A DNA stretch of 64,000 nucleotides from Candidatus Aminicenantes bacterium (GCA_963729855.1 CAVSPT010000005.1:439661-503660), one strand, 5' to 3'; positions 38,471 to 49,970 are shown, counted from the stretch's first letter. Notes: generated by a model not told the origin, from the sequence alone. Program-made: numbers and translations.

Positions 38471-40056
38471 CAACGGGCCTCGCCTTTGGCGGCCGGCCGC
38501 GGAGCGGCCCCCGCCGCGCCCGCCAACGGCTTATATTCAGGGACGGGGGCGGAGATCTCTTTTTCATAGAAGCCCGGATTGACGATGCGGATGACCTTCT
38601 CGACCGGTTTGTCCAGGACGTCGAGGATCGGTTTGGGGAAGATGCCGATGCCGAAGGCCAGAAAGACGAGGGGCAGGAAAAGGGCAAGCTCCCTCAAGCT
38701 GAGGTCCTTGAGGGACTCATTGGCCGGGTTCTGGAGCCTGCCGAACATGACCCGCTGGTAGAGCCACAGCATGTACCCGGCGCCGAGGATGATGCCGGTC
38801 GCGGCGACCGCCATCCAGACCGCGTTCACCGGGAAGACCCCCATCAGGATCATGAATTCGCCGATGAAGCCGTTCAGGCCGGGCAGGCCGATCGAAGACA
38901 TGGTCATGATCAGGAAGACCGCCGCGTAGACGGGCATCCGCGATGACAGGCCCCCGAACTCGGAGATCAGGCGGGTATGGCGCCTCTCGTAGAGGACGCC
39001 GACGATGAGAAAGAGGGCGCCGGTGGAGACGCCGTGGTTGATCATCTGCAGGACGGCCCCCTTGACGGCCAGGGGCGTCAGGGCGAACAGTCCGAGCATG
39101 ACGAACCCCATGTGCGACACCGAGGAGTAGGCGATCAGCCTCTTCATGTCCTTCTGCATGAGCGAAACGAGCGCGCCGTAGACGATGGAAATGAGGGCCA
39201 GGACGGCCACCAGCGGCACGAAGCGGCGGGCCGCTTCCGGGAAGAGCGGCAGGGAGAAGCGGACGAAGCCGTAGGTCCCCATCTTCAGCAGGACGCCGGC
39301 CAGGATGACGGAGCCGGCCGTGGGCGCCTCGACATGGGCGTCGGGAAGCCAGGTGTGGAAAGGAAACATCGGGACCTTGATGGCGAAGCCGAGAAAAAAG
39401 GCCAGGAAGACCCAAGCCTGCAGGGCGGCCGGCAGGATCGACCCCGTGGCCAGCATGGCCGTCCAATCGAAGGTGCGGTAGCGGGAGTAAAGGACCAGGA
39501 TGCCGACCAGCATCATGACCGAGCCGAAGAGCGTGTATAAAAAGAACTTGATGGCGGCATAGAGCCGGCGTTCGCCGCCGTAGATGCCGATCAGGAAATA
39601 CATCGGAACGAGGACGATCTCCCAGAAGACGTAGAACAGGATGAGGTCGAGCGAGACGAAGACCCCGATCATTCCGACTTCGAGAAGAAGCAGGAAGACG
39701 TAATATTCCTTCATCCTCGCCTTGACCGCGTTCCACGAGCTGAGGATGGCGATGAAGCTCAGGAGCGACGTCAGCAGGACGAGGAGAAGGGAAATCCCGT
39801 CGATTCCCATCAGGTATTGGACGCGCACAGATTTGATCCAGGGGGCCCGCTCGACGAACTGCATCTCGCCGGAACCGGCCTGGAAGCCCGTCAGCAGATA
39901 AAGCGTGGCCAGGAATTCCAGTCCGGCGACGGTGTTGGCCGCCAGCTTGACCGCCTTCTCTTTCCGCCCAGGCAGAACGAGAATGAGGATGAGCCCGGCC
40001 AGCGGGAAGAAGGTGATGAAGCTGAGAATCGGAATGCCGAAAATGGTCATGTTCAT
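38470..40056 (-). CDS. nuoM: NADH-quinone oxidoreductase subunit M
   Basis: NuoM/ND4 signatures 'FYVFWE', 'MYFLIG'. Start ATG at 40056 or 40050. Confidence 0.9.
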   Translation of the reverse strand: MNMTIFGIPILSFITFFPLAGLILILVLPGRKEKAVKLAANTVAGLEFLATLYLLTGFQAGSGEMQFVERAPWIKSVRVQYLMGIDGISLLLVLLTSLLSFIAILSSWNAVKARMKEYYVFLLLLEVGMIGVFVSLDLILFYVFWEIVLVPMYFLIGIYGGERRLYAAIKFFLYTLFGSVMMLVGILVLYSRYRTFDWTAMLATGSILPAALQAWVFLAFFLGFAIKVPMFPFHTWLPDAHVEAPTAGSVILAGVLLKMGTYGFVRFSLPLFPEAARRFVPLVAVLALISIVYGALVSLMQKDMKRLIAYSSVSHMGFVMLGLFALTPLAVKGAVLQMINHGVSTGALFLIVGVLYERRHTRLISEFGGLSSRMPVYAAVFLIMTMSSIGLPGLNGFIGEFMILMGVFPVNAVWMAVAATGIILGAGYMLWLYQRVMFGRLQNPANESLKDLSLRELALFLPLVFLAFGIGIFPKPILDVLDKPVEKVIRIVNPGFYEKEISAPVPEYKPLAGAAGAAPRPAAKGEAR

Positions 40057-40060
40057 GATC

Positions 40061-42058
40061 CTAGAAAATCGCCACGACCAGCGCCAGGATGACGGCGATG
40101 CCGAACACCAAGGCCATGGCATAGTTGTAGACATACCCGGTCTGGAGCCGCTTCAGGACCCGCGAAAACGTCCGGCCGGCGGCGCCGACTCCGTTGACCG
40201 CGCCGTCCACGACCCCGCCGTCGAAGCGAATGGAGACGTTGGAGATCATCCGGGTCAGGAAGGCGGCCCCGTTGACGATCCCGTCGATGATATGGGCGTC
40301 GATCCAGCCGCCGGCCCGGCCCAGGGCCATGGCCCCGGCGATGAAGACGCCGTCGTAGAGCTCATCGACGTAATATTTGCGGGTCAAGATCCGATAGGCC
40401 AGCTTCAGCCTGGCGGCCAGGCGGCGGGCCGGTTCCCCCTCCCGCTTGACGTAGATCCACCAAGCCAGGCCGATGCCTCCGGCCGCGACCGCGGCCGATA
40501 CGGCCATCAGGATGTATTCCGTCCTGGCGGCCAGCGGAAATTCGCGCGTTCCGGTGCTGGCTTCGAGGAAGCGGCCGAACCAATTTCCCCCGCCCAACGC
40601 GGCCGGCAGGCCGATGTAACCGCCCACGATGGACAGCCCGGCCAGGACGATGAGCGGCCGGATCATCACCGGCGGCGACTCATGGAGGTGATGCACCGCT
40701 TCGGACTCGATCCGCTCCCGGCCGTGGAACGTCAGAAAAACGAGGCGGAACATGTAAAACGCGGTCAATGCCGCGCCCAGCAGGCCGAGGGCGTAGACGA
40801 GGCGGTGGCCGGACACCCAAGCCGCGGCCAGGATCTCGTCCTTGGAGAAGAATCCGGCCAGCCCCGGGATTCCGGCGATGGCCAGCGCCCCGGCCAGGAA
40901 GACCCTGTAGGTCTTGGGGATATGCGCCCTCAAGCCCCCCATTTTGCGCATGTCCTGCTCGCCGGACAGGGCATGGATGACGCTGCCCGCGGCCAGGAAG
41001 AGGAGGCTCTTGAAGAAGGCGTGGGTCATGAGGTGGAAGACGCCGGCCGAATAGGCGCCGACGCCCAGGCCAAGGAACATATAGCCGATCTGGCTGATGG
41101 TCGAGTAGGCCAGGACCCTTTTAATGTCGTTCTGGACGAGGCCCATGCTGGCCGCATAGACCGCGGTGAACGCGCCGACCAGGGCCACGACCGTCAGGGC
41201 CGTGCCGGAGAAGGAGAAGAGCGCGTGCATGCGGGCGACCATGTAGACGCCGGCCGTGACCATCGTCGCGGCATGGATGAGGGCCGAGACCGGAGTCGGG
41301 CCCTCCATAGCGTCGGGCAGCCAGGTGTAGAGCGGGATCTGGGCCGACTTGCCCGTTGCGCCCAGGAACAGAAAGAGGGCGGCGGCGGTGGCCAGGCCCT
41401 TGCTCAGCGCCCCGCCCTCGACCAGGGCGGTGATCTTGGCCGTGTCGATCGTGCCCAAGGCGGCGACGAGCAGTCCGGCGCCCAGGAGGAACCCGAAATC
41501 GCCGACCCGGTTGGTGATGAAAGCCTTCTTGCCGGCATTCACCGCGGAGTCCTTGGTGAACCAGAAGCCGATCAGCAGATAGGAGCACAGCCCCACGCCT
41601 TCCCAGCCGATGAAGATCACGGCCAAGTTGGCGCCCAGCACCAGGATGAGCATGGCGAACGTGAACAGGTTGAGGTAGGCGAAGAACCGGGCGTAGCTCT
41701 TCTCGTGGGCCATGTAGCCGATGGAGTAGATGTGGATGAGCAGGCCGACGCCGGTGACGACCAGGGTCATCACGGCGGTCAGGGAATCGTAGCGGAAGGC
41801 CAGGTCGATGGAGAACGAAGCGGCCTTCCCTCCGAAAAGGGGCACCAGGCCGGACGGGATCCAGGTGAAGAGCTTTTCGACCAGGACGGCCTCGGGCCGG
41901 CCCAGAAGTCCGATGAAGGAAGCGGCCGCGGCGGCGAAGCTCAGGCCGGCCATGCCGACGGCGATGCCGTGGATCGTCCGCCTGGAAAAATATTTCACGC
42001 CCAGCAGGCCGTTGAGGAGCACCCCAACGAGCGGAAAAACGGGAATCAGCGCGAACAT
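40061..42058 (-). CDS. nuoL: NADH-quinone oxidoreductase subunit L
   Basis: NuoL/ND5 'GWEGVGLCSYLLIGFW', about 16 TM helices. Confidence 0.9.
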   Translation of the reverse strand: MFALIPVFPLVGVLLNGLLGVKYFSRRTIHGIAVGMAGLSFAAAAASFIGLLGRPEAVLVEKLFTWIPSGLVPLFGGKAASFSIDLAFRYDSLTAVMTLVVTGVGLLIHIYSIGYMAHEKSYARFFAYLNLFTFAMLILVLGANLAVIFIGWEGVGLCSYLLIGFWFTKDSAVNAGKKAFITNRVGDFGFLLGAGLLVAALGTIDTAKITALVEGGALSKGLATAAALFLFLGATGKSAQIPLYTWLPDAMEGPTPVSALIHAATMVTAGVYMVARMHALFSFSGTALTVVALVGAFTAVYAASMGLVQNDIKRVLAYSTISQIGYMFLGLGVGAYSAGVFHLMTHAFFKSLLFLAAGSVIHALSGEQDMRKMGGLRAHIPKTYRVFLAGALAIAGIPGLAGFFSKDEILAAAWVSGHRLVYALGLLGAALTAFYMFRLVFLTFHGRERIESEAVHHLHESPPVMIRPLIVLAGLSIVGGYIGLPAALGGGNWFGRFLEASTGTREFPLAARTEYILMAVSAAVAAGGIGLAWWIYVKREGEPARRLAARLKLAYRILTRKYYVDELYDGVFIAGAMALGRAGGWIDAHIIDGIVNGAAFLTRMISNVSIRFDGGVVDGAVNGVGAAGRTFSRVLKRLQTGYVYNYAMALVFGIAVILALVVAIF

Positions 42059-42061
42059 GGA

Positions 42062-42364
42062 TCAGCCTTTCAAGTCGTTGAGCTCGTCGATGTCGTAGCT
42101 GCGTTTATTGCGGAAATAGGCCAGGACCAGGGCGAAGCCGACGGCGGCCTCGGCCACGGCCATGATGACGACGAAGAGGGCGAAGATCTGTCCCTTGGGC
42201 GAATGAAGGTGCCGGCCCAGGCCGGCCAGGATGACGTTGACCCCGTTGAGCAGGAGCTCGAGCGACATCAGCATGATGACCAGGTTCTTGCGGAAGAGGA
42301 CGCCGAACAGGCCGAGGAAGAAGAGGATCAGGCCCAGACCGATGACGGCGTTAATCGGGATCAT
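42062..42364 (-). CDS. nuoK: NADH-quinone oxidoreductase subunit K
   Basis: 100-aa, 3-TM ND4L-like protein 'LMSLELLLNGVNV'. Confidence 0.9.
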   Translation of the reverse strand: MIPINAVIGLGLILFFLGLFGVLFRKNLVIMLMSLELLLNGVNVILAGLGRHLHSPKGQIFALFVVIMAVAEAAVGFALVLAYFRNKRSYDIDELNDLKG

Positions 42365-42857
42365 GGAGGAGCTTCCTTCGGGCGATGATGACGGCCCCGA
42401 TGAGCACGGCCAGGAGGAGGATCGAGGCCAGCTCGAAGGGGACGAGGTACGTGGAGAAGAGCATCTCGGACAGCGCCTTCAAATCGGCCGCCTGTTCGTG
42501 GCCGGCGGCCGGGACGTACCGGTATTTCAGGAGGACGGCGGCGATCTCGCCCAGCAGGAGGGCGGGAACGGCGAAGATGAAGATCTTGGGGAAGAGCTTG
42601 CGCCGCTCCCTGACGACCTCGTCGAGATTGACGATGATGATGACGAAAATATAGAGGACGACGATGCCGCCGCCGTAGACCAGGATCTGGATGGCGCCGA
42701 GGTATTCGGCTTCCAGGGTGAAAAAGACCCCGGCCACGGACAAGACGGTGAAGGCCAGGTAAAGGACGCTGTGCATGGCGCTCTTCTGCAGGATGACCAG
42801 GAGGGCCGAGACCACGGCCAGGGCGGCGAAGAAAGCGAAAATGGCCAGACTGATCAT
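42351..42857 (-). CDS. nuoJ: NADH-quinone oxidoreductase subunit J
   Basis: ATG at 42857. ND6-like hydrophobic protein. Confidence 0.8.
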   Translation of the reverse strand: MISLAIFAFFAALAVVSALLVILQKSAMHSVLYLAFTVLSVAGVFFTLEAEYLGAIQILVYGGGIVVLYIFVIIIVNLDEVVRERRKLFPKIFIFAVPALLLGEIAAVLLKYRYVPAAGHEQAADLKALSEMLFSTYLVPFELASILLLAVLIGAVIIARRKLLHDPD

Positions 42858-43330
42858 GGGCGGCAGCCTCCGCACAGGTGCTGATGGAGATCCTCGCCTT
42901 GAACGTACATGGCGGGCAGGTCGAAATGGAGAGCGGCCTTGTCGACCGCCGTCATGCGGAACTCCCGGGAAAACCGGATGGCCGCGGTCGGACAGACTTC
43001 GACGCACAGGCCGCAGAAGGTGCAGCGCTCCAGGGTCCAGTCGAATTTCGTCGGGCGCATGGTCCTGGCTCCCTCGGCCTTCAGGCCTTCGATGTCGAAG
43101 CAGCCCGTCGGGCAGATCCGCTGGCAGGCCTTGCAGGCCACGCACAGCGGCCCGCCCTGTTCGTCGCGATAGAGGCGGAGCAGGCCGCGGAAACGGGCCC
43201 CCGGCTCCCGGACCTGCTCCGGGTACTGGACGGTGACCTTGCGGCTGAAATAATGGCGCAGGGTGACGGACAGGCCGAGGAGCATGTCGGTCAGGAAGAA
43301 TTTCCTGAGGAAACGGCCGATCGATCTCAT
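42854..43330 (-). CDS. nuoI: NADH-quinone oxidoreductase subunit I (2x[4Fe-4S])
   Basis: 'CVACKACQRICP' and 'CTFCGLCVEVCP'. ATG at 43330. Confidence 0.9.
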   Translation of the reverse strand: MRSIGRFLRKFFLTDMLLGLSVTLRHYFSRKVTVQYPEQVREPGARFRGLLRLYRDEQGGPLCVACKACQRICPTGCFDIEGLKAEGARTMRPTKFDWTLERCTFCGLCVEVCPTAAIRFSREFRMTAVDKAALHFDLPAMYVQGEDLHQHLCGGCRP

Positions 43331-44355
43331 AGCACGGACCCCACCAGGGCGACCACGAGGAGGTTGACGAGCGACAGGGGAATGAGCCATTTCCAGACCA
43401 GCTGGATGAGCGAATCGAAGCGGTAGCGCGGGAACGTGCCCCGGATCCAGACGTAGCAATAGAGAAAGAACATGATCTTGATCAGGTACCAGACGAAGCC
43501 GGGGAGAAGATGGAGAACCCGCAGGGCCCGGACGTTGGGAAACGGCGGGAGCCAGCCGCCGAAGAAGAGGACGACCACGAGCGAGGAGACCAGGACCATG
43601 TGGGCATATTCGGCCACGTAGAAGTAGGCGAATTTAAAGCCCGAATATTCGGTGTGGTAGCCGGCCACCAGCTCGGATTCGGCCTCCGGCAGGTCGAAGG
43701 GGGCGCGGTTGGTCTCGGCGATGGCCGAGATCCAGAAGACGACGAAGGAAACGGGCAGGAGGAAGCCGTACCAGACGTGCGACGATTCCTGGCGGCGGAC
43801 GATCTCGACCAGGTCCATGGAGCGGGAAACGAAGGCGACGGAAAGGACGGTCAGTCCGACCGGGATCTCGTAGCTCAGGATCTGGATGACCGAGCGCAGG
43901 GCGCCCATCAGGGGATATTTGGAGTTGGAGGCCCAGCCGCCGAAGATGACGCCGAAAACCGAGATGGAGGACAGACCCAGGATGAGGAGCAGGCCGACCG
44001 GGCTCTCGGCCACCCAGAGCTTGAGCTCGTAAGTCCCGATGCGGATCGGTTCGCCGAGGGGCAGGAAGCAGAAGGACAGAAGGGTCGAAAACATCACCAG
44101 GACGGGAGCGATGTTGAAGAGGAACGTGTCGGCCCGGCTCTGGATGATGTCTTCCTTGAAGAACAGCTTGACCGCGTCGGCGAAGGGCTGGAGGATGCCC
44201 TGCCAGCCGACCCGGTTGGGACCGATGCGGCCCTGGATCCAGGCCACGACCCGGCGCTCCAGCCAGATCATGACGATGACCATGACCATGGGGTAGACGA
44301 TGATGGCCAGGATCTTGACCACGGGGATGAGGAAATCGGCGACGAAGGGCGTCAT
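43327..44355 (-). CDS. nuoH: NADH-quinone oxidoreductase subunit H
   Basis: ND1-like 'GPNRVGWQGILQPFADAVKLF'. ATGA overlap with the nuoD stop. Confidence 0.9.
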   Translation of the reverse strand: MTPFVADFLIPVVKILAIIVYPMVMVIVMIWLERRVVAWIQGRIGPNRVGWQGILQPFADAVKLFFKEDIIQSRADTFLFNIAPVLVMFSTLLSFCFLPLGEPIRIGTYELKLWVAESPVGLLLILGLSSISVFGVIFGGWASNSKYPLMGALRSVIQILSYEIPVGLTVLSVAFVSRSMDLVEIVRRQESSHVWYGFLLPVSFVVFWISAIAETNRAPFDLPEAESELVAGYHTEYSGFKFAYFYVAEYAHMVLVSSLVVVLFFGGWLPPFPNVRALRVLHLLPGFVWYLIKIMFFLYCYVWIRGTFPRYRFDSLIQLVWKWLIPLSLVNLLVVALVGSVL

Positions 44356-45446
44356 TTGTCGATTTCCCCCAGGACGATGTCCAGCGAGCCGAGGATGGCC
44401 ACAACGTCGGCGAAGAGGCTGCCCTTGCACATCAGCTCCAGCGACTGGAGATTGATGAACGAGGGCGATTTCATCTTGACCCGTTCGGGCTTGTCCGTGC
44501 CGTTGGAGCGGATGAAGAAACCCAGCTCGCCCTTGGGCGCCTCGATGGAGTGGAAGATCTCGCCGGGGGCGATCTTGAAGACGCGCGGCACCTTGGCCCG
44601 GAACTCCCCGTCCGGCAGGCGGTCCAGGGCCTGGCGGACGATGGACAGGCTCTGCCCGATCTCGGCCAGGCGGACGCGATAACGGTCATAGAGGTCGCCG
44701 TTCTTGCCCAAGGGCACGCTGAATTCGAAATCCCCGTACGAGCTGTAGGGGTGGCGTTTGCGGACATCCCAATCGACGCCGGACGCGCGCAGGGCCGGCC
44801 CGGTCAGCCCGTAGGCCACGGCGTCGGCCGCCGAGATGGTCCCTATCCCGACCGTGCGCTGGAGCCAGATGCGGTTCTCGTTGAGGAGGCGCTCGATGTC
44901 CTTCAGCACGGCCGGCAGGCCGGCCATGATTTTGCGGATGCGGGCGACAGGACCGGGGGTCAGGTCGTAGGGCACGCCGCCCAGCCGCAGGGCGTGGACG
45001 GTCAGGCGGCCTCCGGCGTAGTCCTCGAAGAAATCGAGGATGTTCTCCCGGGCCTCGAACCCGTAAAGCAGGACGGTCATGGCCCCGATGTCATTGGCCA
45101 TGAAACCGACCCAGGCCAGGTGCGATGCCAGGCGCTGGAGCTCGGTCAGGATGACCCGGATGTATTGGCCGCGCTTGGGCACCTCGACGCCGGCCAGCTT
45201 CTCCGCGGCCAGGGCGAAGGCCAGATTGTTGGAGACCGAAGCGAGGTAGTCAAGGCGGTCGGTAAGCGGGACGATCTGATGATAGGTCTGGCTTTCCCAG
45301 AGCTTTTCCATGCCCCGGTGCAGGTAGCCGACGATGGGCTCGATGCCCCGGACGACCTCGTTGTCGACCCGCAGCTTGAGGCGGAGCACTCCGTGGGTGG
45401 AGGGGTGCTGCGGCCCCATGTTGAGCTCGATCTCTTTAAAGGCCAC
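44352..45446 (-). CDS. nuoD: NADH-quinone oxidoreductase subunit D (49-kDa subunit)
   Basis: 'ELNMGPQHPSTHGVLRL'. GTG start at 45446 (alternative ATG at 45419). Confidence 0.9.
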   Translation of the reverse strand: MAFKEIELNMGPQHPSTHGVLRLKLRVDNEVVRGIEPIVGYLHRGMEKLWESQTYHQIVPLTDRLDYLASVSNNLAFALAAEKLAGVEVPKRGQYIRVILTELQRLASHLAWVGFMANDIGAMTVLLYGFEARENILDFFEDYAGGRLTVHALRLGGVPYDLTPGPVARIRKIMAGLPAVLKDIERLLNENRIWLQRTVGIGTISAADAVAYGLTGPALRASGVDWDVRKRHPYSSYGDFEFSVPLGKNGDLYDRYRVRLAEIGQSLSIVRQALDRLPDGEFRAKVPRVFKIAPGEIFHSIEAPKGELGFFIRSNGTDKPERVKMKSPSFINLQSLELMCKGSLFADVVAILGSLDIVLGEIDK

Positions 45447-45945
45447 GCTTCGTCCCGTGGAGCGGAAAATCTTTGCGAAGGGGATATCCCTCGAAATCGT
45501 CGGGCAGATAAATCCGCTTCAGGTCGGGATGGCCGGCGAAGCGGATCCCGAACATGTCGTAGGCCTCGCGCTCGGCCCAATCCGCCGACTTATAGATCGG
45601 CTGGGCGGAGTCGATCTCCTCGCCTTCGGCCGCGTCGACGGACAGGCGGACGCGCAGTCCGGCCGGGAACCCGTAGAGCTGGTAGAGAACCTCGAAGCGC
45701 GGTCCCGCCGGACCGGGCTCGGCGGAACCCTTTTTCAGCCGGTCCAGGGCGATGATGTCCAGGAGGGCGTTGAAACCCTGCTCCTCTTTAAGAAAGGCCA
45801 ATGCTGCGCGCAGGCCGGACAGGCGCAGCTTGACGATCAATCCGTCCGCGGCCAAGGACGTCTCCAAAACGGCGGCGCCCAGCCGCCCGCGCAGGGCGTC
45901 GGCGACGTCCTGGAGACGGCGATCGTTATCCTGCGCGGCGGGCAT
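45436..45945 (-). CDS. nuoC: NADH-quinone oxidoreductase subunit C (30-kDa subunit)
   Basis: '[42 protein letters not shown]'. Confidence 0.9.
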   Translation of the reverse strand: MPAAQDNDRRLQDVADALRGRLGAAVLETSLAADGLIVKLRLSGLRAALAFLKEEQGFNALLDIIALDRLKKGSAEPGPAGPRFEVLYQLYGFPAGLRVRLSVDAAEGEEIDSAQPIYKSADWAEREAYDMFGIRFAGHPDLKRIYLPDDFEGYPLRKDFPLHGTKRGL

Positions 45946-46429
45946 GGGGTTTGAGGATTTCCCGGGTCGGATGCATATGGGCGATCTGGTCCTGTAAAGT
46001 CATCAAGCCGTGAAGAAGGCCCTGCGGCGTGGGGGGGCAGCCGGCGACGAAGACGTCCACCGGGATGACCTTGTCCACGCCCTGCAGAACGGAGTACGTC
46101 GGAAAGGGACCGCCTCCTATGGCGCAGTTGCCCATGGCCACGACCCACTTCGGGTCGGGCATCTGTTCCCAAAGGCGGCGGACGACCGGGGCCATCTTGT
46201 TGGTCACCGTGCCGGCGACGATGAACAGGTCGGCCTGGCGCGGAGAGGCCCGGAAGAGCTCCATGCCGAAGCGGCTGATATCGTAGCGGGCCGCGGCCGT
46301 GGCGATCATCTCGATGGCGCAGCAGGCCAGGCCGGAGCCGAAGGGCCAAAGCGAATTCTTCATGGCCCAGGTGATGAACCGGTCGGCCTTGGCCAGCAGA
46401 AAGGGTTCTTTGAGGCCCGGGTCAGTCAT
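45926..46429 (-). CDS. nuoB: NADH-quinone oxidoreductase subunit B (PSST/N2 cluster)
   Basis: 'GLACCAIEM', '[10 protein letters not shown]', 'GCPP'. ATG at 46429 after GGAGG. Confidence 0.9.
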   Translation of the reverse strand: MTDPGLKEPFLLAKADRFITWAMKNSLWPFGSGLACCAIEMIATAAARYDISRFGMELFRASPRQADLFIVAGTVTNKMAPVVRRLWEQMPDPKWVVAMGNCAIGGGPFPTYSVLQGVDKVIPVDVFVAGCPPTPQGLLHGLMTLQDQIAHMHPTREILKPHARRAG

Positions 46430-46793
46430 CGTTCCTCCGGAATTCGAGCGCGCCCGCCTTCCATGCGTAGACGTACCCGAGAAGCAGGATGGCGATGAAG
46501 ATGGCCGCTTCAACCACGCCGAACAGCTTCAGCCTGTCGTGGACGATGGCCCAGGGGAAGAGAAAGAACGTTTCGACCTCGAAGACGATGAAGGCCAGCG
46601 TAAGCAGGTAAAAGCGAATGGAATAGGATTCGCGGGCTGTCGGCGTGGCCGGGTCCACGCCGCACTCATAGGGAACATGCTTGTCGCCGACGTTGCTCCT
46701 CCGGTAGCGGATGAGAGAGATGCCCAGCAGAAGGCCGACGGAAAAAATCACCGAAATGACAAAAAAAAGAAAAAAATACCAATCGTTCTGCAT
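46422..46793 (-). CDS. nuoA: NADH-quinone oxidoreductase subunit A
   Basis: ND3-like 'YECGVDP', '[12 protein letters not shown]'. ATG at 46793. Confidence 0.9.
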   Translation of the reverse strand: MQNDWYFFLFFVISVIFSVGLLLGISLIRYRRSNVGDKHVPYECGVDPATPTARESYSIRFYLLTLAFIVFEVETFFLFPWAIVHDRLKLFGVVEAAIFIAILLLGYVYAWKAGALEFRRNDD

Positions 46794-46852
46794 GTTCGTG
46801 CGCGCAATTATACACGAATGGTCTTTCAAAATAAACGGAGAAAAGCCCGCCC

Positions 46853-47878
46853 TCATACCCCGGCCATGGCGCCGTGTGAGGACTGGAAAGCCCGCCAGCG
46901 CTTGATGCGCAGGACGGCGCGGAGGCACGAAAACAGGCAGGCGGCGGCGATGATGCCCAGGATCAAGGCCAGGCTCCAGTCCCTTATGGCGGCGAGCTTG
47001 GCCGGCCCGGCCGCCCCTCCGGTCATGGCCGCCCAGGAGGCGCGGATTCCCTCGGCATGCGCGCCGAGGGTCTGAACGATCATGATCAGCACCGCCGCGT
47101 CGATCACCGCCCGCGCGCCGACGCGCAGCCGAGTGAGATTCGGACGGATCAGATTGATCAGGGCCAGGACCGCGCCGGCGGCGATGAGGACGGCGATGGG
47201 GACGAAATAGCGCGACTGGAAATCAAGCCAGAGCGCCGAGGAGGGAAGATCCTTGAGGGCGCCGTCAAGGGACAGGACGATCGGGAAGTGGAACCTTCCC
47301 AGCCACCAGCCCAGGACGAGCAGGCTGGCGACGAGATCGGCGATGGAGGAGCTCCGGGGAGCCCTGATCATATCGCGGACGGCCGGCAGGCGGCGGGGAT
47401 TCCAATCCCCGCGGCCGGCGGATTGGCGCTGGAAGCGCTCCCCGACGGCGAATCCGAGGGTGATCATGGCGAACAGGGTCAGGGCCGTCGTCCAGAGATG
47501 TCCCAGCCCCTGGAACAGCAGGGCCCCGGAGTGGGCGGCCCGGTACGAAGGGACGAAGATCATGAGCCCGGCCCAAATCAGAAACCAGGGAACCAAATAG
47601 ATCCCGGCGGCCACTTTGAGGACGAATTCATAGATGGGATAAAGCTGGGGCCCGATGAGGTGCCGCTGGGGAAGGAAGCGTCCGGCCACGGTGAAGGGGC
47701 TCCCCCGCCGTTTGAGCAGGGCGGAGAGATCCTCCTCGTTTAAAACCCGGCCAAGCTCCTTCCCGCGCTCCTCGATCTGCAGGCGGATGTCTTCGGCAAG
47801 CTCGGCGATGACGTCGATTTTCTGGTCCTTGGGCAGCCAGAAACGGACGGCGTTCAGATAGCGTTCAACGAGATCCAT
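46853..47878 (-). CDS. PadR-associated membrane protein (HAAS/DUF1700-like putative sensor)
   Basis: N-terminal 'MDLVERYLNAVRFWLPKDQKIDVIAELAEDIRLQIEE' helix typical of PadR-partner proteins, followed by several TM helices. Overlaps padR by 14 nt. Confidence 0.6.
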   Translation of the reverse strand: MDLVERYLNAVRFWLPKDQKIDVIAELAEDIRLQIEERGKELGRVLNEEDLSALLKRRGSPFTVAGRFLPQRHLIGPQLYPIYEFVLKVAAGIYLVPWFLIWAGLMIFVPSYRAAHSGALLFQGLGHLWTTALTLFAMITLGFAVGERFQRQSAGRGDWNPRRLPAVRDMIRAPRSSSIADLVASLLVLGWWLGRFHFPIVLSLDGALKDLPSSALWLDFQSRYFVPIAVLIAAGAVLALINLIRPNLTRLRVGARAVIDAAVLIMIVQTLGAHAEGIRASWAAMTGGAAGPAKLAAIRDWSLALILGIIAAACLFSCLRAVLRIKRWRAFQSSHGAMAGV

Positions 47879-48212
47879 GGCGCGTCTCCTTCATGATATC
47901 GTTCAGGGAAGCCGTGATCGTCTCCCACTCCGCGGACAATTGCCTGAAGATCCGCTGTCCTTCGGCGGACAGGCGATAGAAGCGCTTGGGCCTCTTGTCC
48001 TCGTCCCGCCATTCGCTGACCAGCAGCCCCTGGCTTTCCAGCCGCCGCAGGAGCGGATACAGCGTCCCTTCATCGACGACCATTCCCATTTCGGCCAGGG
48101 CCTTGCGCAGGGTGTAGCCGTACTGTTCACTCCGAAGCTCGGCCAGGACCGCCAGCGGGACGCACCCGCGGCGAAGCTCGAGGCGTAGGTTTTCGAACTG
48201 ATCGTTGGTCAT
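47865..48212 (-). CDS. PadR-family transcriptional regulator
   Basis: Winged HTH 'CVPLAVLAELRSEQYGYTLRKALAEMGMVVDEGTLYPLLRRLESQGLL'. Confidence 0.85.
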   Translation of the reverse strand: MTNDQFENLRLELRRGCVPLAVLAELRSEQYGYTLRKALAEMGMVVDEGTLYPLLRRLESQGLLVSEWRDEDKRPKRFYRLSAEGQRIFRQLSAEWETITASLNDIMKETRHGSR

Positions 48213-48230
48213 GGCGGCGGCCTTTCCTTT

Positions 48231-48276
48231 TATACAGTGTCACGTATAGTGTATGTTACACAGTATAGACTGTCAA
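48231..48276. repeat. Cluster of short direct/inverted repeats (TATACAGTGT ... GTATAGTGTAT ... ACACAGTATAGACTGTC) immediately upstream of padR
   Basis: Read directly. AT-rich. Candidate PadR operator and boundary of the low-GC island. Confidence 0.35.
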
Positions 48277-48368
48277 GTCTTTTTTTCGATCCCCATCATC
48301 TCGAATAGCCGGGCGCGCGTTCGCTCCTGCGCTGCGAGAAATACGCCGAGCGGCAGCAAAAAAACCAT

Positions 48369-48396
48369 TTGACAATATCGCGCACTGTGTTATATT
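48369..48396 (+). promoter_or_regulatory. Strong sigma70-like promoter (TTGACA-16-TATATT) for gdhA
   Basis: Read directly. Followed by a roughly 190-nt leader before ATG 48590. Confidence 0.5.
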
Positions 48397-48523
48397 TTCG
48401 AGAAAATTGTGAATGGCTTTGTTAAGTTATACAGATGAAGCGAGAAGATTTCTCTCCGGGGAGAAATGACCGAGGGGCCGGAACCTAAAAAGTGGCGGGG
48501 ATGAAAGAAAGCAGGGCCCCTGA

Positions 48524-49942
<1,419 letters not shown>

Positions 49943-49970
49943 TTCATCAAGCGCGATCCCGTCGCAAAAA

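Noticed and set aside
39905-42388. 827-aa plus-strand ORF across nuoL/nuoK/nuoM
   Set aside because: Antisense to three membrane subunits with unmistakable hydrophobic complex-I sequence. Its translation is a His/Asp/Gly/Gln-rich artefact.
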